64,000 bases of DNA from assembly GCF_000142905.1 (NCBI RefSeq), contig NW_013657620.1, positions 62,001-126,000 of the forward strand, written 5' to 3'. The notes beneath the pieces were generated by a model. It worked only from the letters and a program-made list of their open reading frames with translations, was not told where the DNA came from and did no database searches. This stretch comes from Thecamonas trahens ATCC 50062. Its lineage: Eukaryota; Protista; Apusomonadida. The first letter of the stretch is position 1, and each line of letters begins with the position of its first letter. The position numbers were made by a program, and so were the translations under genes. Shown here one piece after another: positions 33,901 to 44,054 of this stretch.

Positions 33901-34417
33901 GATGAGGCCAAGCCGCCTTTCCCAAAGCAGCGAGAACGACACAAGTCTTTGTCGTTAAAAACGGAATGCCATCGAGAGCTGCAGCCGCGGCCGGATCGAT
34001 GGCGGCGGGTAGATCAGGAGCGGTCTCGGCCGAGGGCGAAGCAGCAGCAGTAGCAGCAGGTGATGGGCGAGTGACCCAAAAAAGGTCGCACTCTCCGGCG
34101 GCAGCCGGGGCGGCTGCGAGGGCGGTAAGGAGCAGCTCAAAGGCAGATTCGAGGACAGGAAGCGAGACTGAGTGTGTCGAGTGTAGCAGAGCTCGCTCTA
34201 TACACGAGAGCGCAAAATGAAGTGTGTCTGGTGACTGGCTGGCCAACGGGTGGCTGAGGAGGTGGAGGCCGTAGTCGGCGGCGAGAGGCGCGGCCTGAAT
34301 GGCCGACAGCGATGATGTGAGGGCCATCTTTTGGGAGACAGGGAGGAATGACGACGAGGCTTCCACCATTGTCCGAAGCTCTGGAACAGACGGGAACGAT
34401 ATTTTTGCGTCTGTCAT
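30995..34417 (-). CDS. XPO6: Exportin-6-like karyopherin (1140 aa)
   Basis: IPFLTTKTCVVLAALGKAAWP...EEV...DVSSARRAEL; LFVSSHLERV...FSLAQWLHFVLEYT; C-terminal DEFYHQFVP...FVADFAYF match XPO6 motifs. True start is MTDAKISF at 34417, not the ORF-track start. Confidence 0.8.
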   Translation of the reverse strand: MTDAKISFPSVPELRTMVEASSSFLPVSQKMALTSSLSAIQAAPLAADYGLHLLSHPLASQSPDTLHFALSCIERALLHSTHSVSLPVLESAFELLLTALAAAPAAAGECDLFWVTRPSPAATAAASPSAETAPDLPAAIDPAAAAALDGIPFLTTKTCVVLAALGKAAWPHRLPAFLPTVLRLAAVSHQPLAVVGLKILVAFVEEVTGTARHRDVSSARRAELVAVLGSSLPDILAVVLRVVASAPTLTALTDDAEHALRLALTIIIELLSGTTAKQVAGVLKASDVSLILPLVALGSSGGSGHVALLALRILALLMEVPYMPDAFEDYVLAVFSTLASLLSSLADAEASLQPRICSLVTHVVSLFVSSHLERVASASAASRLESFSLAQWLHFVLEYTRALPSAELYIQVLSEVWLPIAEYLTGLAALADATSLTALLSSARGSASAALANEFTAVYAELAEALLHNIVTALSFSMEDNMLGALKASGEFEGTTGITLGTLRAAASAVLVPLAGVYPDTVLGLLTSVLHSHLERIEDVAATASVATDRHSLHILNCTLKDVAMLVQLLTPLVTVFVEEFAERSNDAAQVLVMTLELLAWAANAGDVARLAPGPVDALLVADLNFVRASLEWARMYAESDLGRRDEMHGLVGTLVEAATSLLDPDAHSPEVLDAAVAVLAGLATTLRLPGLVHLDTFAALASWTVTDMADSEMRCETQAKLVGVFVLAAGCAYPWTSDDDQDWEFRLGADGPLVGVLGGLASALLTSLDELESHARCNDGGGVSLARLLGRVARDGIDMGELASLARRQVASILAPVLLPLVRGLFARALSAGELDEASYAAEALLAIFGAIRAEVSVELTEALAQTLLSMVQSVELDVLAREHDALVGAVLGLFSLMVQGARDEFASLLPAIVSFAVGSGLGEALPPASPTASVVLKRKYLRLLYELAFFHSNYLVSAGEMEAVVGELVSRLRGEIDLVAVRDSLNYLRILGSPEGRLFAADSAQPSLRWKVLSVLVAIGARDALAIARDDMSSLAWTAAAPVLDEFYHQFVPALVDAGFPASASPALTDAAAQLQRVWSGTTSEDEFADEWNGFVADFAYFSKLTHAKVGADGGSDDAKGLGVDALSVSFDMPRYCD

Positions 34418-34541
34418 TGCTGTTGTTGTTGTTGCTGCTGTTGTTGGTGGCGGTGGTGGTGGCGGGTGGTGGGGTGTGGGCGGCTGCCGGCAGACGGGTG
34501 GCTGGCGGGCGGGCGGACGGTGTGATGATGGTTGGACGGAT

Positions 34542-35943
34542 TCAATTGGAGCGAGAGAAGAGCGATGAGGCGGCCAGGGAGAGGAGGCGGCGAGCGGGGT
34601 GCTTTCCTTGGCGGGCAAGTGAGTCCTGGCGGTTCTTGAGCCACGGCTCGACAAAAAAGCCGGCAACGGCGGCGGCGACGATGCCGGTCGAGTCGCCGAC
34701 CGAGGTGACACCGAGGGAGAACTCGCGGTAGCCCTCTTCGACGTCCTGGGAGATGCGGTAGAAGGCGTTGACGTAGGTGGCGCCACCAAGGAGACCCTCC
34801 CAGAAGATGACGACAAAGACGATGTAGGCCGAGGGGAGGTAGAGAAAGTAGGCCTGCGACCAGAGGAAGACCAGGTTGATGAACTGGAGGACCGAGGGGA
34901 TCCAGATGCGGCGGATGGGGAAGAAATTGACCGAGGAGCGCGAGACAAAGACGCCAGATTGGTAGAGGAACTGATAGTATACGTAATACTCGTCCGGGTC
35001 GGAAAGGGCTTGGTAAAGTGGATGGTGGGCGAGACGGCCTGGTTGGCGAGGTACTCGGAAAAGTACACGAGCATGAGCGGGAGCATGTACTTGAGCAGCG
35101 GACCAAGGAGGCGGAAGCGTGTGGCGAGCGAGAGCTGGGCCGGACGGGCCCCCTTGAGCGAGCCGGGCTCTGGGTCGGGCTCGAACGAGCCGTTGCCGCG
35201 GAGAGCGACAACGCCTGACGGCCGCGCCAGCAGCGGCGCGCCTGCAGTGCGCCGCTCGGCGTCGGGATCGTCGAGAGGAACGTCTTCGATCCGCGCCCCA
35301 CCGTCGAGCGAGGCCGAAAGCACCGGTGTGTCCTCAAACGGCTTGGCGAGCATGAAATAAAAGGCGATGAGGATGCCAAATGGAAAGACTGACGAGACGA
35401 GGAGGGTGAGCGGTGACGAGAGGCCGATCCACGATGTGAGCATGAGGTACATGAACGAGCCGAAGATGCCGGCGCCACCGGTGCCCGACGACCACGCCGA
35501 GACGGTGTTCTTGTGGTAGAACGAGGACATGGCGAGGAACGTGACTTCGCCAAAGCCGGCCGAGATTGACGCAAAGATGACGCCGGTTAGCCGCAGCCAG
35601 ACTGAGGTGAGCCATCCGGTCATCTGGAAGGCAGCGACGCCAAAGATGGCCACGATCCACACTCGCAGCGAGTACGGGAGCTTGTGCATGAAGAACGGCG
35701 CGGTGAGCTTGAGCAAGAAAGTCGGCAGGATGTCTGCCAGAAGAACAGCCGACTTTGGAATATCTGGCGAGTCCTCCAGCAGATGCCCTGCTGCCGAGAG
35801 CATGACAACATAGCCAAAGTTGTTGACCAGTCCACAAAGAAAGAACCCGATGAGATTGAGTGTGTACTGTCTGCGGGCGGCAGGCGAGGGATCTACAGCG
35901 GGGAGAGATGATCGCCATCAAACACAGCCAGTCGGTTCCCCAT
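34542..35943 (-). CDS. CLN3: Battenin CLN3/BTN1 (~467 aa; frameshifts near 35900 and 35004)
   Basis: GFFLCGLVNNFGYVVMLSAA; VLLADILP; SISAGFGEVTFL; AWSSGTGGAG; YMLPLMLVYFSEYLANQ; then in the shifted frame YQFLYQSGVFVSRSS...WEGLLGGATYVNAF...REFSLG. 1402+2 nt = 468 codons. Confidence 0.92.
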
Positions 35944-36141
35944 TGTGAGTCATATTCTGCCACATGCGGATCCTCTTAGCCTGAGCCCCCCCCTCCCTCC
36001 CCCCCCCACCCCCCCACCCCCTTCCCCCGTTCATCACTTCCGTCCATCGCCCCGCTCCGACGGTGACCTGTTGTGACGATAGCCCCGCTCTCTCTCCACG
36101 CATATACACTGTTTTCATTCCGCTTGTGGCTTGGTGGCGGG

Positions 36142-37473
36142 ATGGCGGCAGCCGGTGTGGCAAGCAAGACCATGGCGACAACTACTTTGGCAAGCACCAC
36201 TGCCGGCATGGCCACAACCACGGCTGCAGCATCAGCTGCCGCTGGCACTCGGTCTCTGCCGCAACCGTCATCGACATCGTCTTCTCCCGCAGATGCATCT
36301 GGTTCAGCAGGTACAGGAGCAGTGCCATCTGAATGGAGCTATGTAGGAAAGAAGATCTTGGCTCCCATGGTCCGAGTTGGCACTTTGCCTATGAGACTGC
36401 TGGCTCTCGAGTACGGCGCCGATATGGTGTACACGCCCGAGCTCATCGCGCACAAGCTCGCTCGGTGCGTGAGGGTTGAGAACGAACGTCTTGGCTGTGT
36501 CGACTTTATGGACGATGACTCGCTTGTGCTCCGCATCGCGCCTGCTGAGCGCCACGCGGTTGTACTCCAGATCGGGGCGGCCGACAAGGATCTTGCTCTC
36601 CGTGCTGCTCGCCTGTGCGAGGCCGACATCAATGCCGTTGACCTCAACATGGGCTGCCCCAAGCCGTTCTCGGTCAAGGGCGGCATGGGCGCCGCTCTGC
36701 TCAAGACGCCTGAAAAGGCTGTGGAGATTCTGACGACGCTCGTCAGCTCGCTCTCTATCCCAGTCACCTGCAAGATCCGCCTGCTCGAGGATGACGAGTC
36801 AACCATTGCCCTTGTCAAGCAGCTGGCGGCGACGGGCGTGTCAGCCATCGGCGTCCACGGGCGGACTCGCGACATGCGTCCGCGCGAGCCTGCGCTGTGG
36901 GCGAGGATCAAGGCTGTTGCCGACGCTGTCGACGTGCCCATCATTGCCAACGGTGACTGCTTCAAGTTCGAGGACTTTGCCACTATGACCGCCGCCACCG
37001 GTGCAGCGTCGATCATGGTTGCCCGTGGCGCCCAGTGGAACGTCTCGCTCTTCTCGCCCGACGGCATGGTGCCGCCGGCCGAGGTTGCCGCCCGCTACAC
37101 CCGCCTAGCCCTGCACTGGGGCATGGCGCCGGGCAACGCCAAGTTTACGCTCAACGCCATGACCACCTTTGGCATGGGCCCAGCCATTCAGGCGGCAAAG
37201 ACGTGGGCTGACCTTGCCAGTATGTTTAAGCTCGAAAACGAGTACGAGCTCCTCTGCACCGCCTCGGGCTCGGAGCACGCCAACTGGGTGCCGTCGTCGC
37301 GAACCCGTGCCAAGATGGAGCGCATCAAGCGGTCACGGGCGGAAAAAGCCCGCAACACCGCCAAGAAGCGCTCGGCCACAGACGCGGCCAGCAAGCGTCC
37401 AGCCGCAGATGCCGCCGCCGGAGCCGGCCCGGCCAAAAAGGCGAAGCGGCTCGACGCGACAGCGTCGGCGTGA
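36142..37473 (+). CDS. DUS2: tRNA-dihydrouridine synthase, DUS2 type
   Basis: KILAPMVRVGTLPMRLLALEYGAD; VDLNMGCPKPFSVKGGMGAALL; PVTCKIR; VHGRT; IIANGD; IMVARGAQWN. Start codon uncertain. Confidence 0.93.
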   Translation: MAAAGVASKTMATTTLASTTAGMATTTAAASAAAGTRSLPQPSSTSSSPADASGSAGTGAVPSEWSYVGKKILAPMVRVGTLPMRLLALEYGADMVYTPELIAHKLARCVRVENERLGCVDFMDDDSLVLRIAPAERHAVVLQIGAADKDLALRAARLCEADINAVDLNMGCPKPFSVKGGMGAALLKTPEKAVEILTTLVSSLSIPVTCKIRLLEDDESTIALVKQLAATGVSAIGVHGRTRDMRPREPALWARIKAVADAVDVPIIANGDCFKFEDFATMTAATGAASIMVARGAQWNVSLFSPDGMVPPAEVAARYTRLALHWGMAPGNAKFTLNAMTTFGMGPAIQAAKTWADLASMFKLENEYELLCTASGSEHANWVPSSRTRAKMERIKRSRAEKARNTAKKRSATDAASKRPAADAAAGAGPAKKAKRLDATASA

Positions 37474-37495
37474 CCACCTGCCTCGGCGTCGAGCT

Positions 37496-39796
37496 TCAGC
37501 GCGCGCGGTGAGTGAGCGTCTTGATCTGGTGGATGATGGCCGACGGCAACGGCGCGGCGGCGCGCTGTAGCGCGTACGAGAGGTCGGCGAGGGTGACCCG
37601 CCGCGACGCGCTCGTCCCGTGGACCGGCATGAGGCGGATGTTGAGGTTGGAGAGCTCGAGGGTCTCGTCGGCCGTGGGCGCCGTCTTGGTGCGGAGCTCG
37701 ATGTACCGCTCCTGCTCTGCCGGCGAGAACGAGGCCCAGACCGGGAACGCCGCCAGCGACGCCTTGAGCGCCGCCTGCTCGTTGGCGAGCGACGTGCTCT
37801 TTGTCCGGCCCACCATGACGGCAGCAATCGAGTTGGCCGATTCCTGCTCGGCCCGCGCCTCCTCGGCAGCAGTAAACTCGTCGAGCTTCATGAGCAGCGC
37901 CTCGTACTTGCGCGGGTTGCGCTCGAGTCGCGCCCGCTCGGCCTGTGCCACCTGGAACGCCGCCTTCTCCGCCGCCTCGCGCGCCTGCCACTTCTTGGTG
38001 TGCCGCTCGCGGATGTCCGCCAGCAGCCGCCGCACGTCTGTCGTAATGACGTCGCCCGGATGCGACTCGGACGGCAGCCGGGCCACCTTGGTCCGCGCCT
38101 TGGACGCCTTGATCGCCGCCTCCACAATCCGCGTCATGTACTCCTTCAGTGCAAGGTCGAGGTACTCGAGCGCAGGCCCGGTCATGTTGCGGACAAGCAC
38201 CTTCTTGAACGCCTCAGCGCGCCGGTTGGCAGCCCGTGAGTTGGGCGGAAACCGGTACGGGCCGGCGGCCTCGATGAGCGCTGTCTCGTCGAGGACCTGC
38301 TTGACAAGCTCGAGCATCGGCGCAGGCTCACAAAGCCGGATTGTTCCGCCGCCAATGGCGTGGCCCTCGGACGCGAGCGTCCGCTCCGCCGCCGCTCGGT
38401 TAGTCTTGGTCCGCCGCGCAATCGACGCCATCATCATTGCGCGCTCCTGCGTCAGGTCGACGTTGCCCGGGAAGAGCTGCGCCACGTCGCCGCCGCCGCT
38501 GCCGCCACCACCTGCCGCCGAGCTCGACGCCTCGGCGCGCCGCGAGGCCGACGCCGAGTTCGACGCGGCGCGCCTGCCTGCGCGTGAATCTTCCTCGTCA
38601 TCGTCATCGCCACCGCCGATCACAGACCGCCCGAGCTCGTCGAGCTTACGCCGCTTGACGTCGGCCATCTCGGCCGCGAGCCGCTTGCGCTTGCGCGACT
38701 CGTCCTCGGCCGACGGCGCCGATGCTGTGCCACCGTTTGACGCCGGCGGCGCCGTTGCCGCCGCCGTCGGAACATAGATCGAGAGCGCCACCTCCATAGT
38801 GTACGTGAGGTACCGGTCGCGGTCCGTTGGCGAGAGCGAAACAATGGCGGCCTTGATCGCCTCGTTCATGAGGTACTGCTGCGACTCGCCGTTCGGGTTG
38901 GTGTACGAAATGTGGCCCGACGAGCTGAGCGTTGCCTTGCCCTTCGGCACGTAGTCGGGCGGAATGCCTGCGAGGCCCGTCGCGGCCGAGGCCTGCTGGG
39001 ACTGCTGCTCGGCGGCAAAGGCCTTGGCGCACGACTCGACAAGGTACCTGTGGCCTTCCGCGGCACCCAGTGACTCGACGTACTGCTTGAGAGGCAGAGT
39101 GTACTCGAAGGTCTTGACCCTGCCGCGCGGATCCGTAAAGGTGATGCGATCGCCGACAACAATGACTTCGCCGAGCGGATGGCCACGGCTCCCGATGTCA
39201 AAGTCGTCGTCCGAGTCGTCGTCGGAGCCGTCGCCTGCGTTGTCGTCGTCGTCGTCGGACCCGTTGTCGCCCTTCTCGTCCTCCATCACTACACCAGCAG
39301 CCACATCGCGCTTCCGTTGCAAGGCTTTCGCACCCGCAGCCGCCCCCTGCTGAGGAGTGAGCGTAACATGGACCTTGCCGGCACGAGCCGAGCGGACCTT
39401 CTGGTCAGCGACAGCCAAAGCCCGAGCCAGACCCGACTTTGTGGTCATAGCCTCAAGCAGAGCAGCCCGAGCCTCCTCATCAAGAGGAAGCGGAATGAGG
39501 TATGTGGAGAGAGCGAGATAGACGCGGACTGTGTTGGGCACACCAGGCTCGGCCAGAATGACGGGATTCTGATTGACCCAACCACGGAGAGCACCCGAGT
39601 ATGTACGATAAGCAGACTTTGACAATTCTTGTCGGACAGCAGCCAGAAATTCATCAACAGACATGCTCCCTCCCATCATCTGCGTAAAGTACGTGGTAAT
39701 CACATCGATGTTCTTCCTCGGCAGCTTGTCCTTGTAGCTTTCAAAGTGGCCTGCGACCTGCTCCACAAGGAACTCGCGGTTGTACTTGGACGACAT
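37496..39796 (-). CDS. TAF4: TFIID subunit 4 (766 aa)
   Basis: DVAQLFPGNVDLTQE, histone fold ALEYLDLALKEYMTRIVEAAIKASKAR, DVRRLL coiled coil, SANSIAAVMVG and RRVTLADLSYALQR C-terminal motif; N-terminal RST-like helical domain. Confidence 0.8.
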   Translation of the reverse strand: MSSKYNREFLVEQVAGHFESYKDKLPRKNIDVITTYFTQMMGGSMSVDEFLAAVRQELSKSAYRTYSGALRGWVNQNPVILAEPGVPNTVRVYLALSTYLIPLPLDEEARAALLEAMTTKSGLARALAVADQKVRSARAGKVHVTLTPQQGAAAGAKALQRKRDVAAGVVMEDEKGDNGSDDDDDNAGDGSDDDSDDDFDIGSRGHPLGEVIVVGDRITFTDPRGRVKTFEYTLPLKQYVESLGAAEGHRYLVESCAKAFAAEQQSQQASAATGLAGIPPDYVPKGKATLSSSGHISYTNPNGESQQYLMNEAIKAAIVSLSPTDRDRYLTYTMEVALSIYVPTAAATAPPASNGGTASAPSAEDESRKRKRLAAEMADVKRRKLDELGRSVIGGGDDDDEEDSRAGRRAASNSASASRRAEASSSAAGGGGSGGGDVAQLFPGNVDLTQERAMMMASIARRTKTNRAAAERTLASEGHAIGGGTIRLCEPAPMLELVKQVLDETALIEAAGPYRFPPNSRAANRRAEAFKKVLVRNMTGPALEYLDLALKEYMTRIVEAAIKASKARTKVARLPSESHPGDVITTDVRRLLADIRERHTKKWQAREAAEKAAFQVAQAERARLERNPRKYEALLMKLDEFTAAEEARAEQESANSIAAVMVGRTKSTSLANEQAALKASLAAFPVWASFSPAEQERYIELRTKTAPTADETLELSNLNIRLMPVHGTSASRRVTLADLSYALQRAAAPLPSAIIHQIKTLTHRAR

Positions 39797-39997
39797 AGCG
39801 AGGTAAGGTAAGGTGGCGTAAGGCGTATGTGTGCGTGTGTGAAGGGTGTGTGTATGTGCGTGTGTGGAGGGGAGGGGGGGGGGGAGGGGGGGAGTGGTGT
39901 GGCCGTGGTTGCTGAGCGGGGGTAGCGGTAGTGGTAGTGGTGGTGGTCGAGGCGGTCGGCTGGCCGTGGCTGGCGGTCCGGTCGGCAGCGACACGGC

Positions 39998-40056
39998 GTC
40001 TCGGCGACTCGGCGACTCGGCGACTCGGCCGACTCGGCGACTCGGCGACTCGGCGA
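39998..40056. repeat. 8-bp repeat (CTCGGCGA)n
   Basis: Direct reading; upstream of TAF4. Confidence 0.85.
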
Positions 40057-40179
40057 CCAGCGAGTGGGGGGGAGGGGGGAAGGCTGAAATGAGGCGATTC
40101 AGAGGTTGATGGGGGATTTTCGAGGTAGGAAAGGCTGTGATGTGGTGTAGGGCGGCTGGGTAGTGTGATGGCCTGGAGG

Positions 40180-40180
<1 letters not shown>

Positions 40181-40218
<38 letters not shown>
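40181..40218. repeat. (TG)19 microsatellite
   Basis: Direct reading. Confidence 0.95.
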
Positions 40219-40220
<2 letters not shown>

Positions 40221-40548
40221 GTTTCGGAGTTGCAAGCAAAGAGAGCGAGTGCTTGATCAACGATAGTGACCTCGTCACGGCACCTCATAGTCCGACAGCG
40301 CACTCGTGATTCGAGCCGCGCTCACATCACGCCATCCAAGACGGATCCAACGACTCCATCCTACCTGCTCGTAGACCAAGCCCACGACTCAAATCGAATC
40401 AGCAATTATTATCGGTGACCGACGAGCTGTGAGCGGCGGCGAGCAAAGATCGGGTGGCGGGTGGCGGGCGGAGGGCGGTGGGCGGCAGGCGGTGGGCGGC
40501 GGCAGCACCCGACTGGCGTCGTCGACAGCGGAAGGGGCGGCAGTATCC

Positions 40549-42477
40549 ATGGCCGGGCTCGCCTGGGAGGACTACCTTATCCAGAGCAAAATAGGGACAG
40601 GTGCCTTTTCCACTGTCTACAAAGCACAGCACAAGGTGACCAAGAACCTTGTGGCCATCAAAGCTATCCGTGTACGCCTTGCCCAATGCGGCGCCTGTCT
40701 CGGCTCAGCCTTCCTCCACTTTGGCCGCAAAGTTTTGAATCAACCCAAGTCAGCAACGCAGGTCTTGGAGGAAGGGGCTATCTTTGCAGACGTGTTGAGA
40801 CGGCGAAGAGTAGAAGGAGAGACCGGAGATTGAGTGTGGAGGAGGGAAGGGGGTTGGAAACGATACTTACCAACTATTGAATGTGTGGGTGTGTTTGCGG
40901 GCTGTTGCGGGCGTGGAACGTGGTGTGGCGTGACCGGCGACTTGCGGGCGTGGGTCTGGCTCGTGGCATGGAACGGCGACGGGGGGGGACGGGCTCGCCC
41001 GGGGGAGGGGGGACAGAGAGCGCGACTGTCGAAGAAGCAACAAGCAAATCTCAAGCTGGAGCAGTCTATTCTCAAGTCTTTGGACGATGACAATGTGGTG
41101 CAGCTGTACGAGATCATGAAGACGGAGAAGCACATCTACCTGATCATGGAGTTCTGTGGCGGTGGCGATTTGCACAAGTTTATCAAGGACCGTGGCTCGC
41201 TGCCCGAGGCAGTTGCCATCCACTGCTTGCGGGAGATTGCAGCTGGCCTGCGTGTCCTCCAGGACCGCAACCTCATCCATCGCGACCTCAAGCCGCAGAA
41301 CCTGTTGATCGGGGCGCCAGTCGGCCCGAATGGCATGCCGTCGCTCAAGCTCGCCGACTTTGGCCTTGCGCGGTATATCGAGGAGGAGGACTTGGCAGCC
41401 ACGCTGTGCGGGTCACCGACGTACATGGCACCAGAGGTGCTGTCGGGCAAGCCTTACTCGGCCAAGGCCGACCTGTGGTCGGTGGGCGCTATCTTCTTCG
41501 AAATGCTCACCGGAACGCCGCCGTTTGTTGCCTCGAACCACATCGAGCTGCTCCGCAAGATGCAGCGGGCGCCGCCGCCGATTCCACGCGCCGCCAAGAT
41601 CTCGTCGACCTCGCGTTATCTCATCCAGTCGTGCCTGCTGATTGTCAACCCGGCGAAGCGCATTTCCTTTGACGAGTTCTTCACCCACCCGTATGTGACG
41701 TACAAGGGTCCGATTGCGCTCGGCGCGGCGGGGACGGGAGCGGGAGCTGACCCTGCGGCTGCTGCTACCCCGCCACCGGCTGCCGCCGCCACGGCCGCCG
41801 CACTTGCGGGCTACTCGGCGCCGCTCACGCCATCGTCTGCCTCGGGCAGCGACTCGGGCAGCGACTCGTCGGATGCCGACGACGACGACAAGTTCTACTC
41901 GGCGCTCGCCGCCAAGCACAAGAGCCGTGTTGGCCCTGCGCGGCTAGCCACGCCGGCCCGCGACGCCTCATTTTACTCGGACGAGTACTACTCGGACGAC
42001 GATGGTGAGAGCGGGCCGGAAGCTGTCGAGGCGATGCGGGCAAGAGCAGGTGGCCGCGTCAGACCAAGTGCGGTCAAGGCCGATGCTAGCGCTGCTCAGA
42101 GCGCGGCAGCGTCGGCGCGGACCCCGCTCACCTCGAACGCTGACAACGTGCTGCAAGAGGAGCTCGCGCGGCTGGAGCGGCTCAAGGCGCGGCACCAGGC
42201 GGCACTGCGCGGGCCGGCGGCTGGCGGCGGAGCATCTGTAGCGGCGGTGCCGGCCCGTAAGCGTCCGCCGCCACCGGCAGTCCAGGCGCGGCAGGCGTAT
42301 CCCGGCGCCGCTGTCCGCTCGCTTGCAGCCATCTCGGCCTCGGTCTCGTCATCGCGTTCAGGCTCGGGCGGCTCAAGCTCGGGCTCGGGCGGCTCGGTCG
42401 ACTTTGACGTTTGGCGACAGCGGGCCATGGAGAAGATTGCGCAGATGAATGCCATGCTGGATGCGCAGGCGCAGTGA
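40549..42477 (+). CDS. ATG1: ATG1/ULK-family Ser/Thr kinase; join(40549..40671,41017..42477)
   Basis: IGTGAFSTVYKA...VAIK; intron GTACGC..CAG, phase 0; LIMEFCGGGDL; NLIHRDLKPQNLL; LKLADFGLARY...LAATLCGSPTYMAPE; YSAKADLWSVG; RISFDEFF.HP. Confidence 0.85.
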
Positions 42478-42681
42478 TGGCTAACCATCATCGTAAACAC
42501 CATGTTGCCAAACCGTGACTCGGTTCGCCGATTCGTCGTTGGCCGGTCGAGTGGCAGACGGCCAGGGAGGCCGCGGGCACGACTCGGCGGCCAAAGTGTT
42601 GGGGATTTAGTGGCAACGAGAGCAAAGTCGACCTCTCTTTCAGCGTACGTTAACACGGCATCGATCCCGTAGCCAGTGAGA

Positions 42682-42847
42682 GAGTGTTATGGCATTGGTC
42701 TGAGCAAGTCCCAGGTCTTTACCCAGACACAACCAGCTTGCCATGTAGCTCTTGCGGTGTACATACCCATGAGTGTGTTCCTGACATCTGTTGCTACCTC
42801 TATCTGCATCTAGCCGCGTTGGCGAGACCGTCTCCAACGGGCAGATA
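42682..42847 (-). ncRNA. Candidate structured RNA (three tandem hairpins ending in ACA-NNN)
   Basis: Closing stems TATCTGC/GCAGATA, GTAGC/GCTAC and ATGGCA/TGCCAT sit back to back; G-U pairs favour the minus strand. No canonical H box seen. Confidence 0.3.
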
Positions 42848-43010
42848 TTTGTTTGCATCGATGGCCGACACGACCGTCTCTTGACCAGCCGCAGCACGGC
42901 GTTCTTGCAGCCCCTCCACCTCCCCCCACCCTTGCCCACAACCCCCACCCACCTCTCTCTACTCTACTCACCATCCTCTATCCACCCATACTATCTGTGT
43001 ATAGTTTAAG

Positions 43011-43954
43011 ATGGCCAAGTCCAAGAACCAGTACGTTTCATGCTCCCCCACCTTCCCGCCCACCTCCATCCGACCACTCCGACCACTTCCACTCCGACCC
43101 CCCCTGCACACCCACCACGGCCATGGTCCTCGCTCCCCCCCCCTTCACCCACCAACAACCACCAACTCCTCCACCCCCTGCTGGGTAGAGGTAGCATTGG
43201 TCCTGTGTTTTGGGGTCCCTGTGTGAGGGGGAAGGGAGTGGGTGGGAGTCATTCTGTCGGTATCGGTGGTGTTCGTGTGTGTCGGTCTGCTGTGGTAGAA
43301 GAGGAGGTGAGGGGGAAGGAGGAGAGGGAAGGAGAAGGACCGCCCCCCCCCCCCCTCCCCTCCCTCCCCTTCCCCCCCCCCTCCCCTCCCTTCCCCTCCC
43401 TTCCCCTCCCTCCACCCTCTCCGTTATCTCTCGCCTTCCGTCCTCTCCCTCCCTCCCTCCCTTCCCCCCGCACTCTATTTTCATCCCCTTGGAGGTATTA
43501 TTGTCGGTGGTGGACGTGGAGGTGGAGGTGGTGGAGGTGGAGGTGGACGTGAAGGTGGAGGTGGACTGGACGTGGTGATACAAGAGGCAGCCCTGGTCTG
43601 GCCTGTATGCTTGCTGTTCTTGGTGGGCGTGCAGGCTGGATGATTGGCTGCTCTCAGTGTGTCCACTCCGTCACTCTCCCTCGCCCTCTCCCCGGCTGCT
43701 ACCTCCGATACCCCCCCCCCCCCTTCCCTCCCCCCCCCCCCTCCCATCAATGTCTCACACTCTTTAATGTTGTCGTGTACAGCACCAACCACAACCAGAC
43801 GCGCAAGGCGCACCGCAACGGCATCAAGAAGGCCAAGACCTACCGCAACGCCGCGATGAAGAGCATGAACCACAAGTTCCGCCGCAACCAGCGCCATGCC
43901 CGCAAGGCCTACAAGGCCATGCTCGACGCTCGTGACGCCGAGAACAAGGCCTAA
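43011..43954 (+). CDS. RPL29: 60S ribosomal protein L29 (eL29); join(43011..43030,43783..43954)
   Basis: Spliced product MAKSKNHTNHNQTRKAHRNGIKK...KFRRNQRHARK; intron GTACGT..CAG; AATAAA at 43970. Confidence 0.97.
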
Positions 43955-44054
43955 ACGGAACCGGCTCTCAATAAACGTCATCAACGGTGGTCCTGCATGT
44001 GGATGATGATGATGATGGTGATGTGTGTGTGTGTGGTGTGGTGTGTGTGTGCAT

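Noticed and set aside
30995-35803. 1602-aa ORF looking like a CLN3-exportin fusion
   Set aside because: CLN3's conserved C-terminal half is in another frame (stop at 34542) and the linking ~195 codons are off-frame S/P/R-rich text. It is a frameshift artefact in GC-rich DNA; XPO6 has its own ATG at 34417.
42700-42730. CAAGTCCCAGGTC resembling RNase MRP CR-I or SRP helix 8
   Set aside because: The partner motifs (CR-V / GNRA loop plus AGCAG) are absent.
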